Positions 1-12,131 of a DNA stretch of 64,000 nt are shown one piece after another. Below the pieces are notes generated by a model. The model was not told the DNA's origin. It worked only from the letters and a program-made list of their open reading frames with translations, and searched no databases. The translations under genes were made by a program, and so were the position numbers. The stretch spans positions 11,904,001 to 11,968,000 of the forward strand of contig OU015566.1 in the NCBI GenBank assembly GCA_907165135.1, read 5' to 3'. Position 1 is the first letter of the stretch. The number at the start of each line of letters is the position of its first letter. The stretch is from Oikopleura dioica (lineage: Eukaryota; Animalia; Chordata).

Positions 1-1825
1 TGACCTTTGCCGTTTAAAATTACCTTTGAGGGGTAGATACTCTTGTTTCCCTTGGGAAAGAAGCTTTGTTTCTCAACAAGGTGTTTCTGATTGAAAGTTT
101 CGACGGTTTGATGCTTCCGCACAACAATTTTTCGTTCTTCTTTGCTCGGGCTCACTTGCTCATCCTCAGGTCTATCAATAGTAGCCACTGCACATCTAGC
201 AACGCGGGATGTCTGGGCTGCATGGCGAATTCGCTGTCTTCGATTGTAGATGCTATTTTCATCGTCTAAACTCGGCACACCGGCGATGATCCGTTCCGTT
301 TCTCTCGCCCTGTCCTGTAAAAGAAAATATTTACAAAGTGAATCAGATCGGTCTTATTTACGATTATACGCTGTCTTGTGCGGTCGACGATATCTGCCGG
401 ATTATTGACGCACTTGTAGTAGATCATATCCGCATCAGGAGGGGTACACTCGTGAACTCGTTGGATCGTGGCTTTGTACGCGTCAAACGTCATTCGTAGA
501 TTTTGCACGGCGAAGGAAAGCGACTCGTCGAAGTCGCCCTTATTGAGTTTTTTTTAAAGTTTTGACCGTGAAAAATACCGATATTTCGTCGACAACATTC
601 AGCAGCGCTGGACTAACTTCGTCAGAATTAATCGCGTGTTGCCAAACATCTGATGTTCCAAGGAGCTTTTGTGTATGAGTTGTTGGAAATTCAAAAGCTC
701 TGGAGGGAACAATATCAGAAATAAACATGAAATTCGAGTGTTTACCCAAGATGGTGTAATTGCCAAAAGACCGCATAAGTGTCCCTCAAACCGTATTCAT
801 GGAAGCTTTCCATCGCAAATTCGTAAAGAATTTTGTATTGAGCAGGAGTCATTCGAATGCCGCGCTTGGTTTTGTTCGTCTGAGTTGTATAAAGAGCCAA
901 AAGCATGTAGATACAGGTTGATCTCACCAAATGATCCGCCTAAATCGACATTCAAATGGGGTTTGTGCCACAAACTTTGTTGGAAAAACGGGCGGTGTTT
1001 TCGAGAACTGGGTGTTTGATTTAGCAAAAATTCTCTAGATGAGCCGGCGTGCTGTTGTCTTTTGCCAGAATTTGATCAGAGAGAGGTACGCCTGCTCCTT
1101 AAAGCAGGGTCCAGAAAGAGTGATTAAGAGGTAAGATTATTGCAAAAAGAACTTTTGATAACGCAAATTTTAGAGCATTGGCAACATGGACACAATGCAG
1201 AGCTGAAGCTCTTCTTCACTCCACCGATCGAGGAGTTCTCGCACTATCTCGACGGAGTCAAGTCCAAAAGGGGATTGGCACACGATTCGATTTCGTAAAA
1301 AACGAAGTCGTTGAAAATAACTGGGCGACATATCCAATCACCACGAACTGTACAACAGTTACAGCCTCGTATTCAGCTACTTTCTGCCAATAAAAGTTGG
1401 CTGCGCCAAATACAACCCTTATATTCAGACCCTTCCGAAAAGCTCTTTGTAGAGTTCTTTGGAAGATTTCTTGTCACGTCATTTCTTGCAGGCTATACTT
1501 ACATCCTTTAGCACTAGAAACTGAACGACGCAGGAATAGCAAGCATCAATAAAGTCAGCCTTGTCAGACTCACTCGTTCGTCCGTCAAAAATCTTGTACA
1601 TTTCCAAATCCTGCCACATGTGCGTGAATGCTAAAATATCTCAATTAAAAGCACGAATATCAAGCCTTTTCTTACTGGAATAGGTTCCCGCTCGATCTTC
1701 TCCTTCATCCTTGATTCTATGAATGAGAAAATCAAAGTCGGTCACAAATCCGGCCGCCTTTTTTCCGGATTCCATCGATTCGACCGTCTAAAAAGGAGAA
1801 AAGCTAGAGTTTCTTACGTTACCAT
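1..1825 (-). CDS. SNAPC1: snRNA-activating protein complex subunit 1 (SNAP43), multi-exon; 3' end runs off the window start
   Basis: GT-AG introns at 1788-1822, ~1620-1665, 940-1502, ~540-578 and ~317-360 join to give MTVESMESGKKAAGFVTDFDFLIHRIKDE...FTHMWQDLEMYKIFDGRT...FLVLKD|ADHLVRSTCIYMLLALYTTQTNKTKRGIRMT...YAVFWQLHHLG. This matches the recalled SNAPC1 N-terminal domain (R-x3-LYLLYGLYNTQ-x5-IR). Confidence 0.8.
1039..1393 (+). CDS. Putative nested two-exon gene (103 aa, unknown function) inside the SNAPC1 intron
   Basis: join(1039..1130,1174..1393) is in frame across a 43-nt GTAAG...TTTAG intron. TTCTCTAG precedes the ATG and AATAAA overlaps the stop. Confidence 0.4.
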
Positions 1826-2026
1826 AATAGTAAAGAACCAATATTGCACATAAATAGAGGACATTTGAACCTAGGGAGTTTCAGTTTGAAATGAATGGCA
1901 GAATGGGTGAAATTCTCGTCTTCTTTTTTTCTAAATTTCTTCTCGAATTCTAAATTCTCTTGGAAGCGTAATCTTCAATAGGTGAAAAATTCTCTGTAAA
2001 AAATTTTGACGAAAAAGATTTCAAGC

Positions 2027-2870
2027 TCAGGTGGATTTTTTCACCATTCCTCCAAGACCCAAAGTAGTGCCGCCAATTGCCTTCACGAGTGGCAGAAGGC
2101 CTGCGTTTGGCACCGTGTTGTAGTACAGAGTCAATTTGATGTCGCTATTGTCTTTCAACCTTTTTTATGGCTCGCGAAAGTAGAACACCCGCAAACAAAA
2201 ATAATGCCCAGACAAAAAACAATGGCCATTCATTTGTCTATTCGAGGAGAAAAAATAGAAGGGGCGGAAATTTAAAATTCAGAAACTTTTTCAATTTTGA
2301 AAAGACTGACTTTCGCGAGCCCGACCCGCCGGCACCGTCGTCGAAGAATTTGTATTTGAGTGGTTTGTTCATGATTCGCAAGTTGCTCTTTTCGCCACGC
2401 ATGATGATTTTGTCCCAGACGATGACCTGATTTCGGAGATTCTAGTGCTCTATTTCTTGATGATTTTCTCACCTGGTTGATGTCGTTTTGAGGCGTTTCG
2501 TATTCGGCGAGAATGTACAGGAAAAGTTGCTTGTTGTTCCAGTGGAAGAGGGGAGTCAGGTCGACTTCCAAATCGAAATGAAAAGACGCTAGAATTTCAC
2601 AGTTATTCTTAATCTTTGGAGAAAAGACTGACCAAGATCTTGCTTGATATTAGGACCGTGGGGATCGCGTGTAAGAGTAACTTTCGCATCGTGAATCGCC
2701 AAATCGTGCGGCCTCGTCATATCTGAAAAGTTGAAGTGGAAAATTGAAGATAGGTAAGGTAATTTCTTACCGATTCCAACGGTGACGAGAAATGTTAAAA
2801 ATGTCATGCCAGTGCAGACCCACATGCCAAAGGCGAACACGGCATTTAGCCGGGACAGTATTCCGTTCAT
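2027..2870 (-). CDS. SPCS3: Signal peptidase complex subunit 3 (SPC22/23)
   Basis: MNGILSRLNAVFAF...[38 protein letters not shown]...KYKFFDDGAGGLKDNSDIKLTLYYNTVPNAGLLPLV; 5 exons with GT-AG introns. Confidence 0.93.
2169..2321. mobile_element. MITE-like sequence occupying nearly all of an SPCS3 intron
   Basis: Perfect 13-bp inverted repeats GGCTCGCGAAAGT (2169-2181) and ACTTTCGCGAGCC (2309-2321) lie a few nt inside the ends of intron 2160-2325. Confidence 0.55.
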
Positions 2871-3036
2871 TCTGAAACAAATTGAGGTAGAAAAATGGAA
2901 GATTATTTCTTTTTTATCTTATTTAATAATCTAATAGATTAGAATCCTTTTTCAGGCGATAGCATAATTGATGTCAGCATTTTATAAATTATTATTCATT
3001 GTATAATATAATAATATAATTTATATAATATAATTA

Positions 3037-3771
3037 GGCATAACGCACAAAAAATCGACTTTTTATCTGAAAGTCGTAGGAAGCTAATTTTCACCTATCA
3101 TATAGATTTTGTGCTCTGACAACATTTCAACAAAAAAAAATGTCAAAAATTTAAAATTTAGTACTTTTTTAGTACCCCAAAGTTGTCAAAAAATTGATTT
3201 TTCCTGCCATCCAAGCTACGGGGTTGTAAGTATGCTCATTCGAAAGAGCACAAAATACTGAGTCAGATACATCGAAAAAAAGGGGTTCCTAGGGGGGTTC
3301 CCCAGATTTTAGGGGTTGAAAATCACAAAAATGAACTTTTTATGAACTTTTGACTTCAGATTCGAACTCTGGGGTACTAATTTACTGTATTTCCATTGTT
3401 TTAGCAGGAAATATCAAAAGTTGTTTTTTGACTGGAAATGACGTCATCACACGATAAGTCGAATGAAACCCCAAACTGGCTGATTTTAAGGGGTTTTTCA
3501 TCCCTAGAATCCAGGGAACCCCACCAGGAACCCCTTTTTATTGATAATTCTGACTCAGTTTTTTCCGCTCTTTCGAATGAGCATACTTAGAATACCGTAG
3601 CTTGGATTGCTCGAAAAGTAGTCAGAAAAGGGGTGAAAAAAAGTACTAAACTGTAACAAAAAATTTTTTCCAAAAAATTTTGAAAAGTCGTTTTTGGTGT
3701 TTTAGTTGCTCCCAAAGTTTCAAACTTGTATCTATTACAGGGAAAAAGTTGATTTTTTTGTGCGTTATGCC
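3037..3771. mobile_element. Non-autonomous TIR element (MITE) with TA target-site duplication
   Basis: TIR GGCATAACGCACAAAAAA(A)TC at both ends, with TA at 3035-3036 and 3772-3773. Internal arms at ~3210-3270 and ~3550-3605 are also inverted copies (AAGTATGCTCATTCGAAAGAGC). Confidence 0.88.
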
Positions 3772-4305
3772 TAAATATAATAAAAATTTATTCATTTTAC
3801 AGTTTGAATTTCAGAAAATAGCTGATTTTTTGATTTCATTATTAGAGAGCATGATAGTTGTCAGTTTGTCTTCATTTTGTAGTTTTCACAATTATCGGAA
3901 ACGCAGTGGAGAGCTGCAAAGACATTATTTTCGAAATTCTATCATTTCTCTGGCGGAGGCAATTATGATTTCTCCATGGCGCGGGGGAATTGAATTCGCA
4001 AGGTTCGAACCAATGAGAGAAATTTTGCTCAAGCGCGATTCCGCGCACTCTTTCCCGCTATTTGCAGAGAATTTTCAACCCTTTTTTGCTCTAAAATAAC
4101 ATTTGAAATCTTTTTATTAATGAGGCTTTAAATTTTTAAATTATAATTTCGTGTTTTCAATTTTAATTTCTGCATATTTTTATGTCTTGTTGTTGAAACT
4201 ACAATTATGATTTCTGTTTTGACTTTCGAGAACTTGTCCTGTTATTAAGACTTTTTTCAGAAAGAAAAATATGTAAAAACATCAAAATCGAAAAAGAGAA
4301 AAACG

Positions 4306-7300
4306 ATGCCAGTGAAAGACGGCGTGATTTTCTCCGAATGGGAAGGGCAAGAATTAGAAGAACCGGTCTGGTCCTGTCGACTCAGCGGCGATGGAGGAAT
4401 GACCTTTTCTCAGGCGCAAAATTGCGAAGAGCAACAGAGGAAGATTTTGCAGAACAGCTTTCCGGGCGAATTCGAGGAGCAGTTGCTCAAGAAGATTCAT
4501 CACAGCTTCTTGGATTTGGAAAAACTGGCGCAGAAATGCGTCAAAATGATCGAGACATCTGCGCTGAAACGAGGCGAGGAGGTGAGTTTCTTATCAACGA
4601 TAGCTCTTGATTTTTAGCGCCAAATTTAAGCTGGAGGTATTCTAAATAAATATATCATAAGTTCAACTTTCATTCGTTTAATTTTGTGAACTTTTGAGAG
4701 TAATAAGGTCTATCTCAGAACGAGTGCGCACTGAAAAGCCCTCTTTAGCTTCATGGGTTAAATTCTCTCTTCAGGTTTTCTACACATTCAAAGAAAACAT
4801 GCATCAAGCAATGGTAACAGATGTCATTTTCAAATCTCCGAAAAAAGTCAAAAGTACTAACAAAGAAAATATCCCCGTAAGTTCTTGTTCACTTATTCTT
4901 GCGAGTGAAACTCTCTTTCTAGGACTGCGTCTACGACATTTTATTGGTAGACTCGAACAAAGAAAGAAACGGCGTGAGTCGCAAATCTCTCGTCAGAAGG
5001 TAAAAAGCAAAGAAAAACTTTGTCAAAAGAAGAATTCTAGCGTTGCTACTCCAGATTTATCAATGATGAAGACCTTCATCCGAGCGCATGCCCGTCGCCA
5101 TCCAGAGACGAGTTCCACTCCCTGGGTCGTCGACGACACTTTTAGGAGCATTTATGACGTAAGTTGCGCAAACAGCTCCTTTTTCAAAAAAGCAGTTTCG
5201 AGAATAAAGCTGAAATTTCTCTATTTTTTCTATTTTTTAGATTCCCGCTAAAGTCGATCTTGAAAAGATGAAAAACGGCCATTCAGGAGACCAAATGCAG
5301 ACCAAGAAATTTGACATTTTTGAGAAAATGAAAGAAGGTTCCAAAGGAGCGAAAAAGGAGAAAACGACGAAGAGGAAAAAAGACCCAGAAGGTAAGTCTT
5401 ACAATCGAAAAATAGTTAGATGTCTTTGGATGTCACTCGATTTGCATAGAAATCCGTAGATTTCTGTAGATGTATATGAATGTCACTTGATGTCTCGAAA
5501 TGTCAATAGATGTCTGTTTATGTCTTTATGTCTCCTTATGTGGGAAACTTATCAAGCCATTTCAGATTCAATCCCGAAGAAGCCCAAAACAACAAAACCA
5601 AAGAAACAGTTCGTCCAGAAAACCATCGCCGATTCCTTCGCAAAAGCGGGGCAAAAGAAAGAAGCCTCGGACAAGCCAAAAGAAGTGACAATTCCTCCCC
5701 GCGTAATTGAATACATTCAAGAGCTGCAAATCCTCGATCGAAAAACGGACGATTACTGGAGTTTGATGAAAAAGGTTGTGACTCCAGCGTGGAACCAGCC
5801 AGTCGCGTTTAGAGACAAGTGCAAAACGATGATGTCGAAATCGGTGGCTGAAGATTTCATGGCCGAATTCGCGATCAAAAGACTGGGGAACAAACCCAGT
5901 TCTACAAGGGACTGGCAGCTTATTGATCAAAGGGTGCGTAGCTAGGCATATCGGGCATTATTTTTATTTAAATTTTCTAGGGAATGCGACCTCTTCCAGA
6001 ATTCGCGCACATAACAGAATGTGTCGATTCCGACTTCTACTGGTTTACGCACAACGAGCAAATCGAGTTCCTCGACGTTTTATACATCTCCAACTATTTC
6101 CTCAACACGAATCTTGTGAAACTGCGACCGCTTGCAGAAGGCCAGGAGTACTCCAACGCAGAGCTTCAACATGGTGCTTTCAAATTGGTACATGGATTGC
6201 TGAAGAATGATCTGGGAGTTTGTGCTTCTTTTTGGGCGAATTATCTCAGGTAAGAATTGTCGAAAGTCACCAGAAAATAGCTCACAATTTAGACAAACGA
6301 GTCAAAAAGATAGAGCCAAGTTCCGCACCCTTCAAGTCTCCAGAAAGCTTCTCAAGAAGCCCGGTTGGCTAGCTGTCGCCGAATGGCACCTCGACTTAAC
6401 GCCCTATCAACGCGCTCAAAAACTGATAAAATGTGCAGATGGATATATTGACCGATATCCGGACGAATGCACGCCGGAAAAGAAGACTTTTCCACTTGGA
6501 GTCGACCGTTCCGGGCGAACATACTGGGTGTTTTTCTTTGTTACATTTATTCTCGTCCAGCCGAATGAAGGGATTGGAGCAGGAACTGGACAGTGGTATG
6601 TTATCAAGGATGTTGAAACGCTCAAGAGGTGAGAAACGGACCAATTGTTATTGTCATTACTAATTATCTAAGGACGATCGACCGACTTGATCCCCGTGGC
6701 GTCAACGAGCAAGCTTTGAAAGAAGTCCTCAAAGAAGAGCTAGAACCCGTGAAGAAGATTTTCAAAGAACGCGCTGATTTCGAAGCAAATCCTCCCTCTG
6801 AGCGCGTGTCTCGTTCCTCAAGTATGGATTGCAATCCAGATGAAATAGTCAAATCGCAGCTCGTGGAGCTAACTGAGCGACTGTACCAGGGCCAACTGTC
6901 GAACGTCGATGAAATTGAGCCTCTGCACGCTAGAATTAATACAATTGACGTGACGCCGACTGGAGATTCGGATGGACTGAACGATTTGAGAGAGCTGATA
7001 TTTGAAGTGACCGACTCGATTATGGACAAAAATATCAAGAATCCGTCCCAGCTTCTGCCGCCGCATCGGGAGAAATTTTATAAAGTAAGTTACACACAAA
7101 AGCTAGGAAGATATTTGAGGAGTTGGAGGTCCAAGAACCCCTCAATTTTAGGAAGAATATAATGCGCTTCTTTTATTTGATTTCTAGCTCGTTGAAGATG
7201 AAAAAATCTGTGGCCTATCCGTGCTGATAACTATCGTTTGGGAGAGCGTGGCTTGGGACAATTTCAAGCAGCGCAAGACCATCCGCTCTGCCCGCCTTCG

Positions 7301-7328
7301 CGCTCGCGTCGACTACAGCGAAGACTAG
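4306..7328 (+). CDS. BAZ1/WSTF/ACF1-family chromatin remodelling subunit (WAC-DDT-WHIM), no PHD or bromodomain
   Basis: WAC: WSCRLSGDGGMTFSQAQNCEEQQRKILQNSFP...IHHSFLDLEKL. DDT-like: RPLPEF...IEFL...LVHGLLKND. WHIM2/WSD: FPLGVDRSGRTYWVF. WHIM3-like: IVWESVAWD, then a stop at 7326-7328. Confidence 0.75.
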
Positions 7329-8293
7329 AAATAATAAAAATACCGATCCTAAAAGAATTCCATTGATGTGCCTACATACAGTAGCGGAGTAACAAAAACA
7401 ATGTTCCACTTATTGATTACCTACCATTCTTATAATCGTAAACAAGTTATCTAAAACTGCCGCAAAACTGCCTCCTGTTTTATTTCATGAAAAATAGCCA
7501 ACTATCATTCACAGCTCAAGAAAAGCTGTCTTTATTCTTAGTTCAAGGTTATCAATGAACACTTCTTGACTCTGCATCAAAGTTTATTTCCTTTTTCCGT
7601 TTGTCAAATAATTCATTCCTGGTGGTCATCAAAACTATGATTCCGAATTTCTGTCTTTTGAACGACAAAAGAATAAATTTGGATACTCGAATCTTCGTTC
7701 ACTTTTTATTGAAATGAAGGAAAAGGGGTGAAGAGCTTCTCTCCAAACACAGGCATTTGAGCATGAACAAACAGGATTTCGCATTCAAATCTTTGCATAA
7801 GCACCTTTTGCGGGTTCTCCAATGCAGAATAGTTCTTCTCCGATGAATCTGGTGCATTTTCGAAGTCACAAAGCGACTGAACTTGACTGGGTCGCCAAAG
7901 CTTATCTTATTCTTTCTGAATCGACTGAGAATATTGACCTGAATGGACCCCTTGTTCTCCCTGTGACCTGATAATTCTGTCTCAGAAAAAGCATTTCATC
8001 AATCTCAATTTACTAATTATTGAGAGTACGTGTCTTCCAATGTGGTCGACACGAAGATTGATTAGCACCAACTCAGCTGTCACCCAAAGGATTAATATAA
8101 ATTATCAGAAAAAAGTGAACGAGAAAACACAGTAAAGAAGGAGAAAATAGGCGTAGATGGCGCTTGGGCGTTGAGTTGTCTGCTCAATGCATCCAAGCCG
8201 TCACTTTATCGTGAAATGCGGCTTCAATCAAGATGCATATTTGATGAAAACTGAATTTACCAGAAGAAAAACCTGTTAACAATTTTTTCGTTC

Positions 8294-10222
8294 ATGAATC
8301 TCTTCGTTTTTTCACTCTTCATACAGCCGTCGTTTGGAAAGAATGAGAGAGAATTATACGATACGATCTTTAGGAACTACTCCAAAGATATCCGACCGAC
8401 AAAACAAGCGAATTTATCCGTTCAAGAAAAAGTTAAAATTCTAGCGCGTCTTCGATTCAAAGGAGTATTTCTAACTTTATGAAAGTTAACCTTGAACTGT
8501 ACATAGCACAGCTCGTGAAAATCGACGAAGTAAATCAAATTATGGAGACGAAGCTTTGGCTGAAGCAGGATTGGATTGACTATAATCTGCGATGGAAGCC
8601 AGACAATTTCGGGGGAATTGACTCAATTCGTGTTCCCAGCGATATGATTTGGAAGCCAGATATTGTTTTGTACAATACAGCTGTTGGGGATTTTCAGGTC
8701 TAGCGTCGTCAGAAGCCTTGTCTAGCCGGGGAGATAAAAAAGTTCAGCCTTGTAAATAAGTTATGACGCCAGTTAAAAGTCTACTCAAAGGACGAAGGCG
8801 ATTATTTGGCATAATGGCCAGGTGATTTGGATGCCACCGGCGATCTTCAAAAGTAGCTGTGCAATTGATGTTACCTACTTTCCCTTCGATGCGCAGAACT
8901 GCACAATGAAATTCGGCTCTTGGACGAATGATCTCAGGTACATAGCAACCTCTCATCGACAGACTATCAAAAATATCGTTCATAATTTAGTCGGATAGAC
9001 TTGCAGATAAAAGGTCCTGAGGGTCCTCATGGAACGCAGGCAAATAATTCAAGCTATTGGGAGTCTGGAGAGTGGGAAATCATGGACTCGTATGGCTACC
9101 ACCATGCTCGAAAGTACAATTGCTGCGAGAAGGTTTTCCCGGATATTGTTTACTCATTCCATATTCGAAGATTGCCGCTGTTTTATACGATCAATCTCAT
9201 TATACCGGTATGAGTTATGCTTTCATAATTTTTCATAAGCAAATCAATCAATTTCATCCTTCGCGTAAGTTTTTTCAACCGAGTTTTCTGATTGTTAAAT
9301 TACGATTATCTCCAATTTAATCGTAAAACAAAGACTTGGTTCTTATGAAACTTGAGATAATCAATTCCAAAGTGCCTGCTCATATCATTCCTGACCGTGC
9401 TGGTGCTCTACCTTCCATCGGACTCAGGAGAAAAGATCACTCTTTGCATTTCGGTCCTGCTCACGCTGACTGTTTTCCTCCTTGTCATCACTGAAATCAT
9501 TCCCTCGACATCTTTGGTCGTCCCATTGATTGGAGAGTATTTGCTGTTTACGATGATTTTTGTGACATTGTCAATCATGATTTCAGTCTTCGTTCTCAAT
9601 ATTCATACTCGAAACCCGCTGACACATAAAGGTATATTAAAATTTCAATCGATTTATTACTGACCATCTTTGTTTATGATCTCTATACATAATTCTTCAG
9701 TTCCTCCTTGGATACGCCTTGTTTTCCTAAAAATCATGCCAACTATTTTAATGATGCCATCTCCTAAATCATCCTTCCAAACAAAGCGGAAATCGCGCCA
9801 CAAGGTGAGTTACAGATATCAAGATAAAATGAATTTATATATTCTTCGATGTTCACTGACGACAATGCGGGCTTAATTATGTGTATTTTAGATGGCGGTC
9901 ACAGGTGTATTTTATAACAGTTTAGAGATAGTTTCGAAACATTGATTGAAGATCGTAACATTCTCTTCTCAATTTTCCATTCCAAATCGGCACGTCTCTA
10001 TTTTAGTTCTCCTACGACCGTCTAATTGACGAGTCCCTAATTTGCGCGATGGATGCGATAGCTGAAATCGCTTACATCCTGATGGAAGAAGAAGAACTTC
10101 TCCAGGCTGAAAATGAGTGGCGATTTATCGCCATGGTCGTTGACAGAGCATTCCTTTGGCTCTTCGTGATCGTCTGTCTGCTCGGAACAACGACATTATT
10201 TATACAACCTCTTGGTGCATAG
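8294..10222 (+). CDS. Nicotinic acetylcholine receptor alpha subunit (neuronal alpha2/3/4/6-like)
   Basis: Signal peptide, WKPDIVLYN, Cys-loop [17 protein letters not shown], vicinal cysteines KYNCCEK, M1-M3 ([34 protein letters not shown]) and M4 ([17 protein letters not shown]). Confidence 0.93.
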
Positions 10223-10701
10223 AAATAAACAAACACAGACTCACTTTTCCATCCATTCATATTTTTTCGACGCCAAAATTCGAAGTTCAAATCATCGAAC
10301 TTTTTATCGGTCGGAAAAAAGTCCGTATGCTTAGCAAAGTTACATTTGTCCTGACACTCCAGATCAACGGTCCCAAATCGAGATCATCAGAGTTTTCGTT
10401 GTGAATGTCAAAGCTATCTCGAAGATTACCTAAACGTACATTATGTAGTTTTTATGAGAGTATGAAGTATATACTGCGAGCTAATCTTTCCTCCTGAAAA
10501 AGAAAAAAAAATATATCGATTGATTTTGTTACGGAAATATCCTGAAATGGCGAAATATAAGAACGTCATAAATCTTCTTTTAAAATCTAGCGCCATCACA
10601 CCTCCAATCTTCTCAGTTTTAAACGATGATGCCCCTTGAAATCTTCCGTCAATTAAAGTTTAAATTAAAAAAGAAATAAAATTATAAATAGAAAAAAAAA
10701 C

Positions 10702-10866
10702 ATGAAAGGTCTCATTTTTGTCATCGTCATTTTGCAAACTCTCGCTTTCGTCGCAGGTACAGCTCCTCGCATTCAAAACAGAAGGTAATGCCACAAAGAC
10801 GAACAGTGCCGACGCCTTCTTGCCAGAAGAACTTCACGACGAAACATGGGAAAAATTTTTTGGTGA
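10702..10866 (+). pseudogene. Secreted cationic peptide precursor, copy 1, with in-frame TAA at codon 29
   Basis: Translates MKGLIFVIVILQTLAFVAGTAPRIQNRR*CHKDEQCRRLLARRTSRRNMGKIFW*. It aligns without gaps to copy 2 at 13255. Confidence 0.6.
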
Positions 10867-11384
10867 AAACATCTGACTGTCTTACTGTTCAACTCTCTCA
10901 TCCTCTCTCTTTCCAATAAACGAAAAATCAAGATTACTTTCTATTACTTTCTAATTAAAAATAAATTTGACTAAATGATGAGCTTTCATTTATTCTAGGC
11001 ATGGGAATGTCAAAGAAAATTTGACGTTTGCGTGTGGTTCCTCAGTGACAGATGCTCTCCAAAAATGAATACGACTGTCTTTTACCTCGAGGCTCCGACA
11101 TCCCAAGATCATCGGAAAGGTTATTTAAATGCAATAGCAGCATTAGTAATGCTTTTCAAGCGAAACTTGTAAAGAAAAGAGAGTTTTTCTTACCAGCAAA
11201 TGATTTGATAAAAGCAAGAGTCGGAGAATCAAGTATACAGTATACAGTATACTGTATACTGGTAAAACCTGAAAATGGCGAGTTTATGGAAGGTGAGGAG
11301 TCCAAATAGGTACCGATTTGAAAATGAGATAACAGCTGTGAGCTAGCGCGGCGGTTCAAGAGTAGCTTGGGGGTAGAAGTGGTA

Positions 11385-11689
11385 GACGGCAGGTTCACGT
11401 CTTTATAAAGAATGATTCTTTTTTCAAAGAATGATTCTTTTTCGCAAAGAATGATTCTTTTTGGGGCTTCTGAAAATGATACTGTAAAAGAAATTCAAAA
11501 TTTCAGAAGCAATTTCTCGTTAGAGAAAAAGATGAACGAAGGAGAGTGCGCTTCGCGCCAGCTTTATAAAAAGTCCAGAGATATTTTAAGTCAAGAATTT
11601 AAAAAAATGGAAAAAACAGTTTTTATGTCATTTTTCTCTAGAACATTGCAAAAAAGAATCATTCTTTATAAAGACGTGAACCTGCCGTC
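11385..11689. mobile_element. MITE with ~40-bp perfect terminal inverted repeats
   Basis: GACGGCAGGTTCACGTCTTTATAAAGAATGATTCTTTTT at 11385-11423 and its exact reverse complement at 11651-11689. AAAGAATGATTCTTTTT occurs three times in tandem near the left end. Confidence 0.85.
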
Positions 11690-12131
11690 AACGGGTAGAA
11701 GTGATGGTAATCTAGGTCGTAATCGGGACGGATCTCTTCGGTGCAAGCGTAATTCGCAAAAAATATGGCGGCTAAGCATAAATTTAATTTTCCTACTTAC
11801 GAAGAAGTGAAAGAGAAAATCAAAGAACTGGCCAGAGAACTCAAACCAGGTCTCTCACTCCCCCTAGTCTATCTTATAACCGCGGGTCAAAGGATAAATA
11901 GCAGCATTTTCTGGATATTTGAAGGGTGTCACAACCGAAATTTTGCAATGAATCTCTACTTGTCAAAAAAAGAGATTTCGAATCAGCCTGAAGATTGGCA
12001 ACGAAGGTTTATTTTATTAAAAATTCTTTTTCTAATGATCTCCTAGAAATATCCGAGAAATTTGCCGCCAATTTGGCTCCCCAGATGAGCCCATCGTCCA
12101 GTTTAAATCAGTTTATTGCGAATTATAATTT

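Noticed and set aside
3970-4070. GGTTCGAAC tRNA B-box-like motif
   Set aside because: No cloverleaf could be folded around it.
8398-8485. GA-AG non-canonical intron in the nAChR gene
   Set aside because: A canonical 38-nt GT-AG alternative (8448-8485) also restores the frame; cannot be decided without RNA.
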